This document shows, piece by piece, positions 24,327 through 35,982 of a stretch of DNA of 64,000 nt (its first letter is position 1; every line of letters begins with the position of its first letter). The stretch is from NCBI GenBank assembly GCA_037447605.1, contig CM074808.1, forward strand, positions 3,410,001 through 3,474,000. The letters run 5' to 3'. Origin of the DNA: Zygnema circumcarinatum SAG 698-1b (Eukaryota; Plantae; Zygnematophyceae). The position numbers and the translations under genes are program-made. Under the pieces are notes generated by a model that worked only from the letters and a program-made list of their open reading frames with translations, did no database searches and had not been told where the DNA came from.

Positions 24327-27300
24327 GGTTATGGGCCCACTCATGCCTCAAATGCGCTTGAAAAATTTGATGGGACAAACTGGCACGACTGGAAGTTTCA
24401 GTGCCAGCAGCTTTTTGAGGAAGAGAATCTGTGGTCTGTCGTTACTGGTCTAGAGACCTGTCCTTTGCCACTTCCTCCATTCACGACGCTGCCGCCTTTG
24501 GCCGCACGCCGCTGGCGTAGAGATCACATTGGACAAAACGCCGCGAAGGCGCTTTCTCCCGCATCACACCTCGGGCATTCATAGCCTCATCTGGACACGC
24601 CCGCCATGGACGCCACTACCCCCACGACGCTTTGGACTCTCACCAATGCTGCATCAACCTCTAAGTGGTCTCACAAACTCCGCTTATGGGCAAGGCCTTC
24701 ACTAACTCTGCAGCAACCTCCTAAACCATGCCGACATATACCGACCGCCAAATCCTTTGCTAGACAGCTTCCCTACAGCATTGATTATGGGTGAGTTCAT
24801 GATGATGAGATCATCTGTGAATTTTGAAAGGGCTGCCCGACTTCTTTCCGTCCTCATCTCGCCCATTGATGCCGCCGACCACTAACCGCCGCCGCATCTG
24901 ACCGCATCTTCTTTTGAACGGTAGGAGGAAAAGATTCCACCCTCCGTGATCCTCCCCATCGATCCGCCGCTTTTCGATCTGGTCCTCCACCGCCTTCAAG
25001 TCTCCCCGGGCGCCTCTTTGCCTTATTGCAAGGAAATGTATTTCACGAAGCGACAATCGTTCCGCCGCCAAAAGGAGGCGCGCTACTTTTGCCAGCGCTC
25101 GCCTGCGGATTCGCTGGCTGGCGGCGCTGCAAATATCGCGCGCCCGATGGGTTCTATTCGCCTCACAACTCGATATTTTCACCCCCGCCGCCGCCCGGCC
25201 TCTACCCCGGGTGTCGCCTATGGTGCTTCCTGAGTTCGTCAATGCCTTTTTGGCCGCGACTTTTTGGGTATGACCCTTCTCTCCCTCGACTCATTCTGGC
25301 TTATTGACTCGAATGCCTCCCATCATCTAACTTTTCGTCGTGACTGGTTCTCTCGGCTCTCTCCCCTCCCTCTCCCCATGACCATTTTCTTAGGGGATAA
25401 CCGCTCCTTGACTGCCACGCATGTCGGCCAGGTTTCCACTCTAATTGACGGCCAGCGCTTCATCATCGATGACGTCTACCTGGTGGATGGCCTCGCGAAG
25501 AATCTGTTTTCAGTAGCCTCCATCCTCATCCTAGGCATTTCAGCCCTTTTTAGGCCAGATGGGGTCACTTTCTTCACCCCAGAGGCTGTAGTGGGGCACG
25601 GCCGCAAAACCGGCCGCTTGTTTTCCCTTACCTCTTTTGCAGCCTCCCTTGGGCACGCCCATGCTCACACCACTGACCCCCCCCTTACCTTTGCTCGGTG
25701 GCACCTCCGCTTTGGCCACCTTGCTGAAAGTAGCCTCAGAACTCTCGGACAGGGCTTAGTGTTAGGTTTAGACTCTTTCTCTACCGACAAGTTAGACTTT
25801 TGTTCAGGCTGTATTCAAGGAAAAATGACCAGATTGCCTTTTCCTCAAGCTCCAATTGCCTCTCAGCCTCTGCACTCATTCATTCCACGTCTGGCCCTAT
25901 GCGTTGATGTTAGCTTCTAAGGGCGATCATACTTGTCACTTTCATTGACCGTTTAATCATTTTTTCCCATCGCTTTTTCCCATCGCCACAAGTCCGGACA
26001 AGCTTTTCTCCCGCCTAAGAGCCCAAAGCCCGTGGCAGACCCTTCTCGTCACGTGATCAAGACCTTCGCAGACTGATGCTGCCAATCCAAGCGCGAGTTT
26101 TATGTCCACCGCCTTCTCCAAATACCTTCGCCACTCAGCAGATCACCCATCGTGACTACCGGGCCCCTACACCCCCAAAGAAATTTTGAGTCGCCGAAAG
26201 GCTTAACCGCTAATTCATTCTACATGGCTCGCTTCTATGCTTCCATTTTGCCGCACCTCCCTATGGCCTTCTGGCGGAAGCCATCTCCACGCCACTTACC
26301 TCGAACCTTTCCCCCACCTCCGCCTCGCCTTCACAACACTCCTACGAGGCCCCGGCATGCTAGCCTCCGCCTTCCCACCACCAGACGGGTCATGGCGGCC
26401 CGTACAAAGATTCGCCCAGTTCGGCAAATGGGGCCCGCTGGGCCAGCCGCTGCATTTTTCGCTACGCGCTTTACGCCCAGCGCCTATCAGATCTCGTGTT
26501 GTGCGACAAATCGAATTGTACTTTCGCGCGACGTCGCATTTAATGAGGCTCCTCTCGTCGCGCGGCTTCATTCGCCACCGCCCACGGCCGTACACCCGCC
26601 GACTTCCTCCCCGCCAATCCCAATCTTGCCGCATTTATCTCTTAGTACCTACGTGACCGCTGGATATCATTCTCCTCTCGCATCAGCCCCCCATTGGCCG
26701 CTAACATCATTCCTTTGTCCCCCTGGCCGCCGCTTCCCTCTTCCCTCCCTTCTGCGCGTCTCGCTGCCCTCCGCACCCTCCCTCAAGGCCTCTCAGTCTC
26801 TCTCGCTTCTACCCTCTTTCTCGCTCAGCAGGAGTTTCCACTTCACCGTAGCCTGACGCGACCCTCCTCCTCGCCTATGCATTCCCCTCCCTTTTTTCCT
26901 CGCGCTTCTCCGCCTACCTGACTCCCTCCCTCTCTTTCTTTCACCATGCTCTCCCTCGCCACCCTCGCCTCCTCGGCATCACTTCCCCTTCCGTTCCCGC
27001 CGCCTCGCCACGGGCATCTCGCGACGGCGCACTCCACGCGGAAAATTATCGACACCGCCGCCCATGCCTCCTCCGCCATGGCCTCATCGCCTCGCCCGCC
27101 TCTACTTTGCCGCCGCAGACCCCCTCGACGCTAGCCTCTTCCTCGAAAGCCGCTACCGATGCCGTAATTCCTCTCCCTTCGAAAATGAAGACGTGGACCT
27201 TGTCCCTCCCCACTCCTGGCCGTCAGCCATCGCTCTAAAATGGGTATTTAAAATCAAACAAAATCACGGCTCGTTGGACCGCTATGAAGCCTGCTTTGTA

Positions 27301-28629
27301 GCCAAGGGGTTCTCTTCAGTTTGAAGGCATCGACTTCACCAAACTTATGCCCCGTGTGGCCAAATTACCCATTCGCTGCCCTCCTTGCTCTCCGCCACCC
27401 ACCATTGGGAAATTCACCAGATGGATGTCAAAACCGCATCTCCTTACTGACCTTCAAGAAACGATCTTATACGCCAACCCGAATGTATGTCACTCCCGCA
27501 GACCGTAACACCTCTTCGGCCGCCAACAAATCTTATCTACGGCCTCCTAAGAAGCACCACGCCCGAACTCAAGACTTTGATGCCGTCTTCTTGCCGCAAT
27601 GCGCTTTCACTCGCGATCGACGCCGATTTCAGCATCTATCTTTGTGGCCACGGTCAGACCCTCACCATCCTTGCCGTTTACGTTGATGACCTCATTATCT
27701 GTGGTCCCTCCCTTTCCCCATTTCGATGTTTCAAAATGCTCTCCTCGGGGCACTCATTTTGACATGACTAATCTCTAACCGTAATGGTGTCTCGATTCAC
27801 GCCATTCGAGATCTGCTACCGACCCTTCACCTCAGAAAAGTATGCTTCCGGGACTTCCTGACCTGCTTTGGGATGGTTGCCATAACCCCCATCTCCACCC
27901 CCGACGCCTTCACATTCACCTGCATTCTCAGGGTCGGGCTCCCCCCACCCCACTGAGCATGCCACTTACCGATCCATCGTGGGATCCCTTATGTATGCAA
28001 TGTTGTGTACCCGGCCCGACCTAGCTGCCGCCGTCGGGCAGCTCAGCCAATACATTCACCGCCCCTCTTCTGCTCACTTCAGCGCTGCCAAGCGTGTCCT
28101 TCGTTACCTTCAGGGCACCAAGGCCCTGAGCCTTACCTTCTCCTCTGGCTCCCCCACCCTCGTTGGCTATTGTGACTCTGACTGGGGCAGTGACCCCGAC
28201 ACAAGGCGTTCGGTTACTGGCTCGTGTTTTTCTCTGGGCAGTGGCCGTAGTGCATGGTCCTCACGGAAGCAGCCTACAGCGGCCACAGCCTCCACTGAAG
28301 CAGAGTATATGGCCGCCTCCACTGCTGCCAAAGAGGCTGTTTGGCTCCGATCCCTCCTCTCCAACCTCACCTTTCCTCCCCCTCACGCTACCACCGTCTT
28401 CACGGACTCTCAAGGTGCCCTTGCCCTCATGCAAAACCCCGTGCACCATCAACGTACCAAACACATCGACATACAGTTCCACTTCACTCGGGACAAGATC
28501 GAAGACGGCACCCTTACCTTCCTCTACTGTCCTACCGGCAAGCAGACCGCCGATTTTCTTACCAAGGCCTTACATCGGCCGGCTTTTGAGCTTCACCGCT
28601 CTTCTGCCGGACTCCACACTTTCGAATGA
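24303..28629 (+). pseudogene. Copia gag-pol, unit 2, frameshifted as assembled
   Basis: Gag start [33 protein letters not shown]; PR/IN fragment 25264-25920; RNase H 27979-28629. Confidence 0.88.
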
Positions 28630-28636
28630 GAGGGAG

Positions 28637-28951
28637 TGTTGAGAATCCGACATTCTCAGTTTTGTCGTACTATTTTGTCGTTTTCCCAGCCACGTGTACT
28701 TACACCTGCCTGTCCTTTTAGCTTGTACTTTCACTGTTAGTTTAGTTGTGCCTTTGCGGCTCTGTGCTTACACCCAGCCGCCCTTACTCAGGCTAGTTCC
28801 ACACTCTTTTGTAGTGTAGCTCTAGCCGCAATGTATATAAAACAGATTAGGACATTGTACTTTTTACCACGTTAATCACACATCTGTCTTTTGTGTCAAC
28901 TCTCTCTGTCCTCACTTTGATCGTACAATGTCCACTCCGTCTTTTTCAATA
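28637..28951 (+). repeat. LTR 3
   Basis: Preceded by the PPT (28628-28636) and followed by the TSD AGGGA. Confidence 0.97.
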
Positions 28952-28992
28952 AGGGAGAGGGAGAGGGAGAGGGAGAGGGAGAGGGAGAGGGA

Positions 28993-29027
<35 letters not shown>

Positions 29028-29115
29028 AGTGGGAGAGGGAGAGGGAGAGGGTGAGGGTGAGGGTGAGGGAGAGGGAGAGGGAGTGGGAGAGGGAGAGGGA
29101 GAGGGAGAGGGGGGG
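28952..29115 (+). repeat. (GAGGGA/GAGGGT)n hexamer microsatellite at the Copia insertion site
   Basis: Seen directly. Confidence 0.9.
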
Positions 29116-29291
29116 TGAGGTGGCGGCTTCGTGATATCTGTCTGCCGTCTTACCAGCGAGAGAGTCGATCAGTAGCCGGGGGGATTTCAAGATAGGGCAG
29201 GAGCCTGACGAAGCTTCCCCGCTTGGGGCCGCCCCTGGGAGTATATAAGGGGCGAGGAGGAGCGGAGCAGGACGAGAGAGAGATTTTGAAG

Positions 29292-30588
29292 ATGGCCAAG
29301 TTTTCTGCCACTCTCAGTTTGGTTCTCGTGTTTGTGTGCGCGTTCAGCGGCGTTTCTTCCGCTTCTTCTTTGGAGAAAAGTCAGTTCTCGAACCACTCTC
29401 GGCACAATTATTTACCAATTTCCTTTTGTCTGACAACACAGTCGCGCTCTGGCTCTCCAGAATTTTCGTTTTTTAAAGGAGAACAATCAGTGGACTACCT
29501 TTCAAGCGCCTGATTGTTTTTAAGTTTTTGCTGCAGTGCAGAAAATTCGTTTCCAGCAAAAATGTAGTCATGCAGTCATGTTTTGCCTCTTATTAAACGG
29601 GTTAGCGGTGAAATTGGCATACGAGCTACATATTTTTTGTGTTTTTTTCCTAATAAAGTGACTTCTGACTTCTGACTGCTGTCCTTTCCTTTTTTCAGGC
29701 CAATCGTACGCGGTCAGCACGATCGCGCAAGCTTCAGTCTACGGCGCGGTCTTCGCCGGAATCGCCCCTCTTCCTTCCGGAGACTTTGTGGTGTCGGACA
29801 ACAAGCACCACCTTCTCTATATTCTGCCGGCGGGGCCGAGAGCAGGTGGATGCTTGGCCGCCTGTTCGAGGACCAAAAACGACTCGATGATTCCACTTGA
29901 ACCCTGAACATGGCGATTGCTCAGTTCATTGCAAAAAGTGGTTCTATGTCCCCACCCTCGGCTCAAGGATTGAGGAGGGCGGGACGAGGGGATAGGCTTG
30001 AAGTAGATCGCTCAGTTTGCTGCCTGCGACTGAATTGAAAGATGTGTCCTTGTTCGGAGCAGGAAAACCTATGACGGTGTTCGCCGGAAAGTCCGCGATG
30101 GCTGGTCACGTCGACGGACCCGCCGCTTCCGCCACTTTCAATAGGCCGACCTCCCTGGCAACCGATTCGAGGGGCAATATCTACATCGCTGATGTCGGCA
30201 ATTATTTGATTCGGATGTATGTGAATGCAACAGGCATGTTTCGTCCCAACACTGCAGCCCTCTTCCCATTCATTCAGTAAGCATGACTTCTGAAGTCTCC
30301 TCGCTTTTCTTTGTTTCCGTTTTGGCCTGCTCACGTTACCTGACATGTTTGCATTTTGTCGCTGATTTTTCTGCAGACGAAGTCAAGACGATTGCCGGGA
30401 CTCTAGGAAAGGCGGGCGTTGTTGACGGGCCGGGCTCGGCAGCCGTCTTCTCAAACGACATCTCCGACCTCGCGTACCTCGCGGCCTCCTGCTCCCTCCT
30501 CGTGGTTGACCGCAGCACGGGGCGGATCCGTACCATTGTGGTCGACGACGAGTGCGCAGCGCCAACCATGGCAACCAACACGATGTAG
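29292..30588 (+). CDS. Small secreted NHL-repeat protein (about 205 aa), exons 29292-29379, 29699-29845, 30063-30233, 30377-30588
   Basis: Hydrophobic signal peptide; GHVDGPAASATFNRPTSLATDSRGNIYIAD and VDGPGSAAVFSND...SCSLLVVDR match plant NHL-domain proteins. Intron 3 needs a GC donor. TATATAA near 29243. Confidence 0.85.
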
Positions 30589-30599
30589 ACAGGGCTCGG

Positions 30600-31563
30600 T
30601 TTAAACAAAGGCAGGCGTTTTAGGGTTAGCGTCTCACTGTCCTGCCGGCACATACGTTACAGCAAATGTAGTGTTAGGGAAGGATGGCATAGGACGAGGA
30701 TTGGAACTAGCACAGACAGCTGACCTGCTCGGACAGTAGTCGTGCAAATGGGAGGTGCGACATAACTGGATGATGATAAGCGGTTGGTTCGACTCCCAAG
30801 ATGATCAATAAACGATCTTCTCGCCATGCCCATGAATTGGTGCACTTGAAGCGTACATACACAATTCGTGCACTGCATCATATGAGCGAAAAGAGAAGGG
30901 GGAATAGGAATGGAATAAGGGGAGGGAGAGGCAGGGGGGGAGGAGTGGGAGAAGAAGTGGGAGTGGGAGGGTTTGGAAAGTTGTAGGGAAGGGAAGGGAG
31001 GGAGGAAGAAAAGAGAGGAAGAGCGCGGAAGGGGTGGGGTGGGGACGGGCGAGAGGAAGAGGGATGGGGAGAGGAGGGTGAACGAGAGGGAGTGGAGACA
31101 TGGGAGGGTCGAGGGCGCTCATGCCCTCTCGGGCCCTGAAAGCGCCGCTGCCGCTGCTTGCTGCCTTGTGGAGGGAGCTGCTCTGCTCTGCAGCTGGACT
31201 GAAGAAAGAGTGTGTTTCATTGTTTGTTTGTGCCTGTCGCTGCTCGGATCAGGGTTCGGTATGAAGCTTTTTCGCTGGATAGCTCGGTCTGGCTGGTCAG
31301 TAGGTCGGACCATGGTCACTAGGTCGGACCTGCCACTTCAATATACCGGGAACTCTGGCAAGTTGAAGGCGCAATATCTAATGTGCTGATTTGTGGGACT
31401 CGGATGTAGGTGAGTGCAACATGTGTTACTTATCCAATGCTGCAGTCTTTCTCCCTTCCACCCAGTAGACAACTTTAGTCTAAAATTCAAAAAGAACAGC
31501 CCTTTCTTCTGTTATATCTTTTCCTTGTTTCCAATTACCCTGTTCACTTCATCTGGACATGGT
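30600..31563 (+). repeat. Local repeat unit: block A (30600-30895), GA tract, block B (31095-31563)
   Basis: Block A recurs at 31690-31990; block B recurs inverted at 17329-17765. Confidence 0.8.
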
Positions 31564-31689
31564 GCAGCCATCTTTTCACCATCCTGACCTGAGCAAGGGG
31601 AGGAAATGTGACATTCTGCTCGACGACCAATTCCCCCCCGCATGCATTGCAATTAACACGGTCGAGATAACGCCGGCAACATCCCGGGT

Positions 31690-32110
31690 TTACTGAGGAC
31701 AGGCGTTTTAGGGCTAGCGCTCACTGTCCTTCCGGCACATAACCCTTTATTTTCCTTTTTTAAACAGCAAATCTAGGTAAGGCATAATACGACAGTTGGA
31801 ACCAGCACATATAGCTGACCTACTCGGACAATAGTCGTATAAATGGGAGGCTTTGAAGAGATATCAGTCCATGATGATGAGCATTTGATTCGACTCCAAA
31901 GATGATGAACACACCATCCCTCTCCATGCACATGCATTGGTGCACACACAATGCGTACATACAGACGTGCACAATTCATGCACTGCATCATGTAAGCGAG
32001 TGGAGTGGAGTGGGGGGAGGGGGAGTGGAGGAGGGGGAGAAGGGAGAGGGAGTGGGAGAGAAATAGGGAGAGGGAAGGGTGGGGAGGGAGAGGGAGAGGG
32101 GATGGACGAG
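31690..32110 (+). repeat. Direct, diverged copy of block A plus GA tract
   Basis: CAGGCGTTTTAGGG(T/C)TAGCG, AGCTGACCT(G/A)CTCGGACA and CAATTC(G/A)TGCACTGCATCAT are shared with 30610-30885. Confidence 0.8.
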
Positions 32111-32235
32111 AGAGGATCCCAGCGAGTCTCAGGTTACAAGGTATCACTTCCATTGAGGAAACACTCTCTGGGCATACATTGCACTGGTCAACGGCAGAGA
32201 CCGCGGGCGAGTAGAGCCCTATCCCCGTCATACAC

Positions 32236-34984
32236 TTAGAAGCGGAGCTTGGAGAAGAACCACCTGTTCTTGCCGGTCTTGAACCTCTCCTCAAGTATCT
32301 TCTTTGTTTCCTGCATCCACACTTGAAAAGAAAATCCCAAATAAAAAAGTGGACCTGCATATATTAAAACTGGCCAGCCGTAAGCAGGAACCTGTCTTCC
32401 ACAAGACCTTACCAATGTCAAGACATCACCTCCAGGGGATGTTGCCAGGTAAAGTATAACGTGACTTTCCAGAATGAAACAGCGCGAGTTGGAATACTAT
32501 TACGATGTGGGCGATATGCTGGTAGATACTTTCTTCCCTTCTACTCCGAAGGAATCACTAACTACAGCCCATGCCAGAGAATCCGGAAAAATAAGTGACA
32601 GGCATATCTAAAGGTACGATGTCCCGACTGAATACACAGTATTCGCTTCTGTAAACAGCTGCGAGATATGTCAGGAGATATTGTTACGTTGATACAGGCG
32701 TTTATTCTGTTGTCATCGTCACCAGGAATACACATTCAGACGCCAAGCTCGCTCTTACATTACGTATGTGCTATGATGTTTATCTGTTCTCGTGGGAACT
32801 CTATCTCCATATAAAGTGCAGTCGTCTCAACTACCACTAGTGTCCATTCACAGATCAGATTCGAGATGTTACAGTGTCCTGACGGATGACGGTGTCCTGT
32901 CCATCCTGACTCTTCAACGGGCCATGCCAGAATCCATAAATTCTATAATGAACTGCAAGGTTCGGCTGCTAGTTCTTTTGGCATAAACGGAGTATTCTGG
33001 ATATTCATCAAGGGCGGGATCACAAGCATTTCAGAGTACAGTTTAAAGGACGAAAATACCTTCCGAACTTCAATCTTCTTAGCTGCAGTCTCCAATTTCT
33101 CCACGGTGACGACGTTCTTCAAGTCAACGTCCAGCAGATACCTGCAGCATAGAATTTGGTCCAGCCTTTTCCTGGGTTCACTCATCATCCTCATTTCTGT
33201 CGCCCCATAACCGATCTCTAGGACGCCTTGAAATCAAGGACGCGAACGAGCTACTATCCCAGAACCACCCTGCATTCCTTTTCTCCTTACACCTCTGAAT
33301 GATGTGGTACTTATTATTGATCGCATTTTGTCGTCGTGAAGAAGAATTCTCGTACAAATTGCAATCTAATGGTACCAACCGGGAGCTTACTTGCACATGC
33401 TGAATGACGTACACGAGAACGCAAGACGAACTGGGGCATCCGCCTTTGTTTTTTAAAATTCAAGTGTGATGCTCGGACATGCAGCTTCTAACCAGAATTT
33501 GTTTCCAGTGACCAAGTTGTTAAGATGAAACCTTCCACTCGCCATATCCCTACCTTTACCAACGAATTAATAAATCTCGATTTCTCTCAACTGGTCAAGC
33601 ACAACTCCTTGTTCCTTCTCCATCAAGTGCAGAATGTGAAGGTATCAGAAATGTGAAATCGGGAAATAGATTCAAAATAATCGACTTACCTCGTAGGCAT
33701 GATGTGGTTGTAGTTCACAACCTTGATGAAGGCCTTCAGACGCGACCTCTTCGCCAGCTGCTTCTCTGTCAACTTCTTTGTCACCTGATAAAAAGCAGGA
33801 AACAAAACCCCATTCCATGAGATGGATACACAACCAGGACCCCACCTGAGCAGAACCAGCATATGTTGTCTCTTTAAGCCACAATGAAGATGCAAGAACC
33901 ACCACATATTCACACAAACCATAGTCAGTCTGCTTGTAACAATCTCGGTAACCGAGGGGAAAAAACGTGCTGAGTTTTTGGAATCTGAAAGCTTCATGAC
34001 ACTGGGGCGACAGCGTTGGTCAGTATTTAGTTTGAACTTTGTTCCTCTCTCCCACTGCCTTCTCGAACAAAACGAACTGGCGGCTTTGAGAGAGAGTATC
34101 TCAAGAACCCAAAAATCTCTTACTCAAGCCAGGATGGAGGAAGTATGCGCTTGGGCTACTGTGGGTACCAACAGAGGTTTGAAACGAAGTCGCAAGTAGC
34201 GGTACAAAACCATTTACAAATTAAGAGCTGCTCACTGTACCATATGCCCTAAATTCGAAAAATGAACTAGTTCCAGAACTCAACCCACTAAGGAAACGCA
34301 AAAAAAGGTAGGGCTTCATTCCAGCATTCACTAACCAAAGGTAATGAAGCTAAACTAGGTTTCAGTGACTCTACATCCTTCGGGAGCACTCCATCTGATT
34401 GCATGTCAGCCTAACAAATATCTATCGCTTAGGAAACTAAAAGATATTGAAACGCATGAACCCTAAGTCCTTGACCTAACGAGCCTCGAGTCCTTAACCT
34501 AATGTGGTTCTGTCTTCCCCCTCCAATAACTCGCATGCCAAAGGAAAAAACTATATGCTCCAACTTTGAACCGTATTTAAATCTTCAATATAGCCTAAAT
34601 ACATGTCCGCGATCAAGCACAGCATAACCCTAAAGTCCACACATAAACTCAATTGCAAAATTATTCTCCGTTCAGCGTAGACCAAACCTTCCCGTCCTCC
34701 TCTCTTCAAACCCTAATCCACCTCCCTTCCTAATCCTGCCCAGCCTACCCCTCCGGCCCCGCTCCCAGCGCCTGCCCCACACCATAGAATACCCTAAAAA
34801 AATATCTCAGAATCCCATATGTCATTACCTTCCTGGGGTACTTCGCAATTCCTGCCACCAAGGCATGGCCGTACTGCCTTCCCGCCGTTCCATCGTCGAA
34901 GTTCTTCACAATGACGGCCTTCCTGCCTGCATAGCGGCCTTGCAGGAGCACCACCACCTTGTTGGGCTTCAAGAACTTGACCAT
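32236..34984 (-). CDS. RPL27: 60S ribosomal protein eL27, 135 aa, exons 34984-34829, 33784-33690, 33141-33060, 32310-32236
   Basis: [32 protein letters not shown]...[19 protein letters not shown]...[15 protein letters not shown]; phases are consistent. Confidence 0.98.
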
Positions 34985-35064
34985 GGCTGCCGCCTGGGCC
35001 TCTTCTTACAGGGCGGCGCGGCAGCAGCAGGCGCAGGCGCAGAGAGAGAGAACGAGCAGGGGTA

Positions 35065-35158
35065 GGGCCTGGGCCTTACAAGGGCCCGGGCAGCGGAAAG
35101 GTTTCTCACTGCCCGGGCGAGGACGACAGGGCCAGGTCAGGAAATGAATTTAGGGTTT
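35065..35158 (-). promoter_or_regulatory. RPL27 promoter: site II-like TGGGCC (35070-35075) and telo-box AAACCCTAA (35150-35158)
   Basis: The telo-box plus site II pairing is established for plant ribosomal protein promoters. Confidence 0.7.
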
Positions 35159-35982
35159 GGACGGCAAGGAGGTAATGGACGGCTGCGATTGGGTAACTGG
35201 TTCACAGGATGGCGATCTGAGCCGTCGAAGGCACGTGCGAAAGTTCAGGCAAATGGAAAAAAATGTATATTTCCGGAGAAATTTTGCCGAATCCATCTCT
35301 CGATTTGAGAGGTTTTGCTTCTGGAAGCCCTGAACCCTCCACTTACTGTACGGAAGAGGGCGAAGAACCGTACAGTACCATGGTACAGTACTGTACTGTA
35401 CTGTAGGGGCTGCACCGTACGGTTGAGGGTGTACGAATTGTACGGGAAGTGTTCGGCCTAACGACGGAGCCGATCCAACGGTTGGCCCAGTTTTCCAATT
35501 GGCTTTTTGTGAGCTCTCAACATTCCAAGTACTGAACTACGCGTGCCTCAGACGGCATGCTCTTTTCAGATCACAGCATCAATATACATTGAAATTTAAT
35601 TTGAATACAATACAAGTTACAGAACATGCAGAAAAGCCAGCCTGAGCTTCAGCCCGAGCCTGCATTTTGCCGCCTCTCCCTCTACAGAAAGGGGACACAG
35701 TAAGCCTATTTGTACACCTCGGCGCTATCTTTCGCGCGTGAAATTTCCTAACGGAAGCCATAGAAGCTCCATGCCTTCCCGCCTTCGCAAAGGCAAGCTC
35801 CAACTCCATCCAAACTCCACACGAATTCCAAAGAACAATAAAGACTAGATGGATCTTCGACATCAATCACATCACCAGACCTCTCCCCCTTTCTCCTTAC
35901 AAGACTTGATGGACACATCATCCGCCAAGGGGCTGTCAATGGACGCATGTGTGGGTCCGTTGGTTGACCAGCTTGAGCCGGT

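Larger units (their letters stand above)
19280..28951 (+). mobile_element. Tandem Ty1/Copia LTR retrotransposon: LTR-internal-LTR-internal-LTR, 5-bp TSD AGGGA
   Basis: Three 315-bp LTRs; AGGGA at 19275-19279 and 28952-28956. Domain order is gag, PR (WLIDSGASHH), WHLRFGH, IN (HSDVCGP, TDNGGEF), RT (NNTWDLVP, AVYVDDL), RNase H (YCDSDW, EAEY, HQRTKHIDI). Confidence 0.97.

Noticed and set aside
30735-30798. tRNA/SINE B-box GGTTCGACTCC
   Set aside because: No convincing A box or cloverleaf, and the motif is degraded in the paralogous block at 31890.
33142-33190. C-box ATGATGA in RPL27 intron 2
   Set aside because: No D box follows before the 3' splice site.
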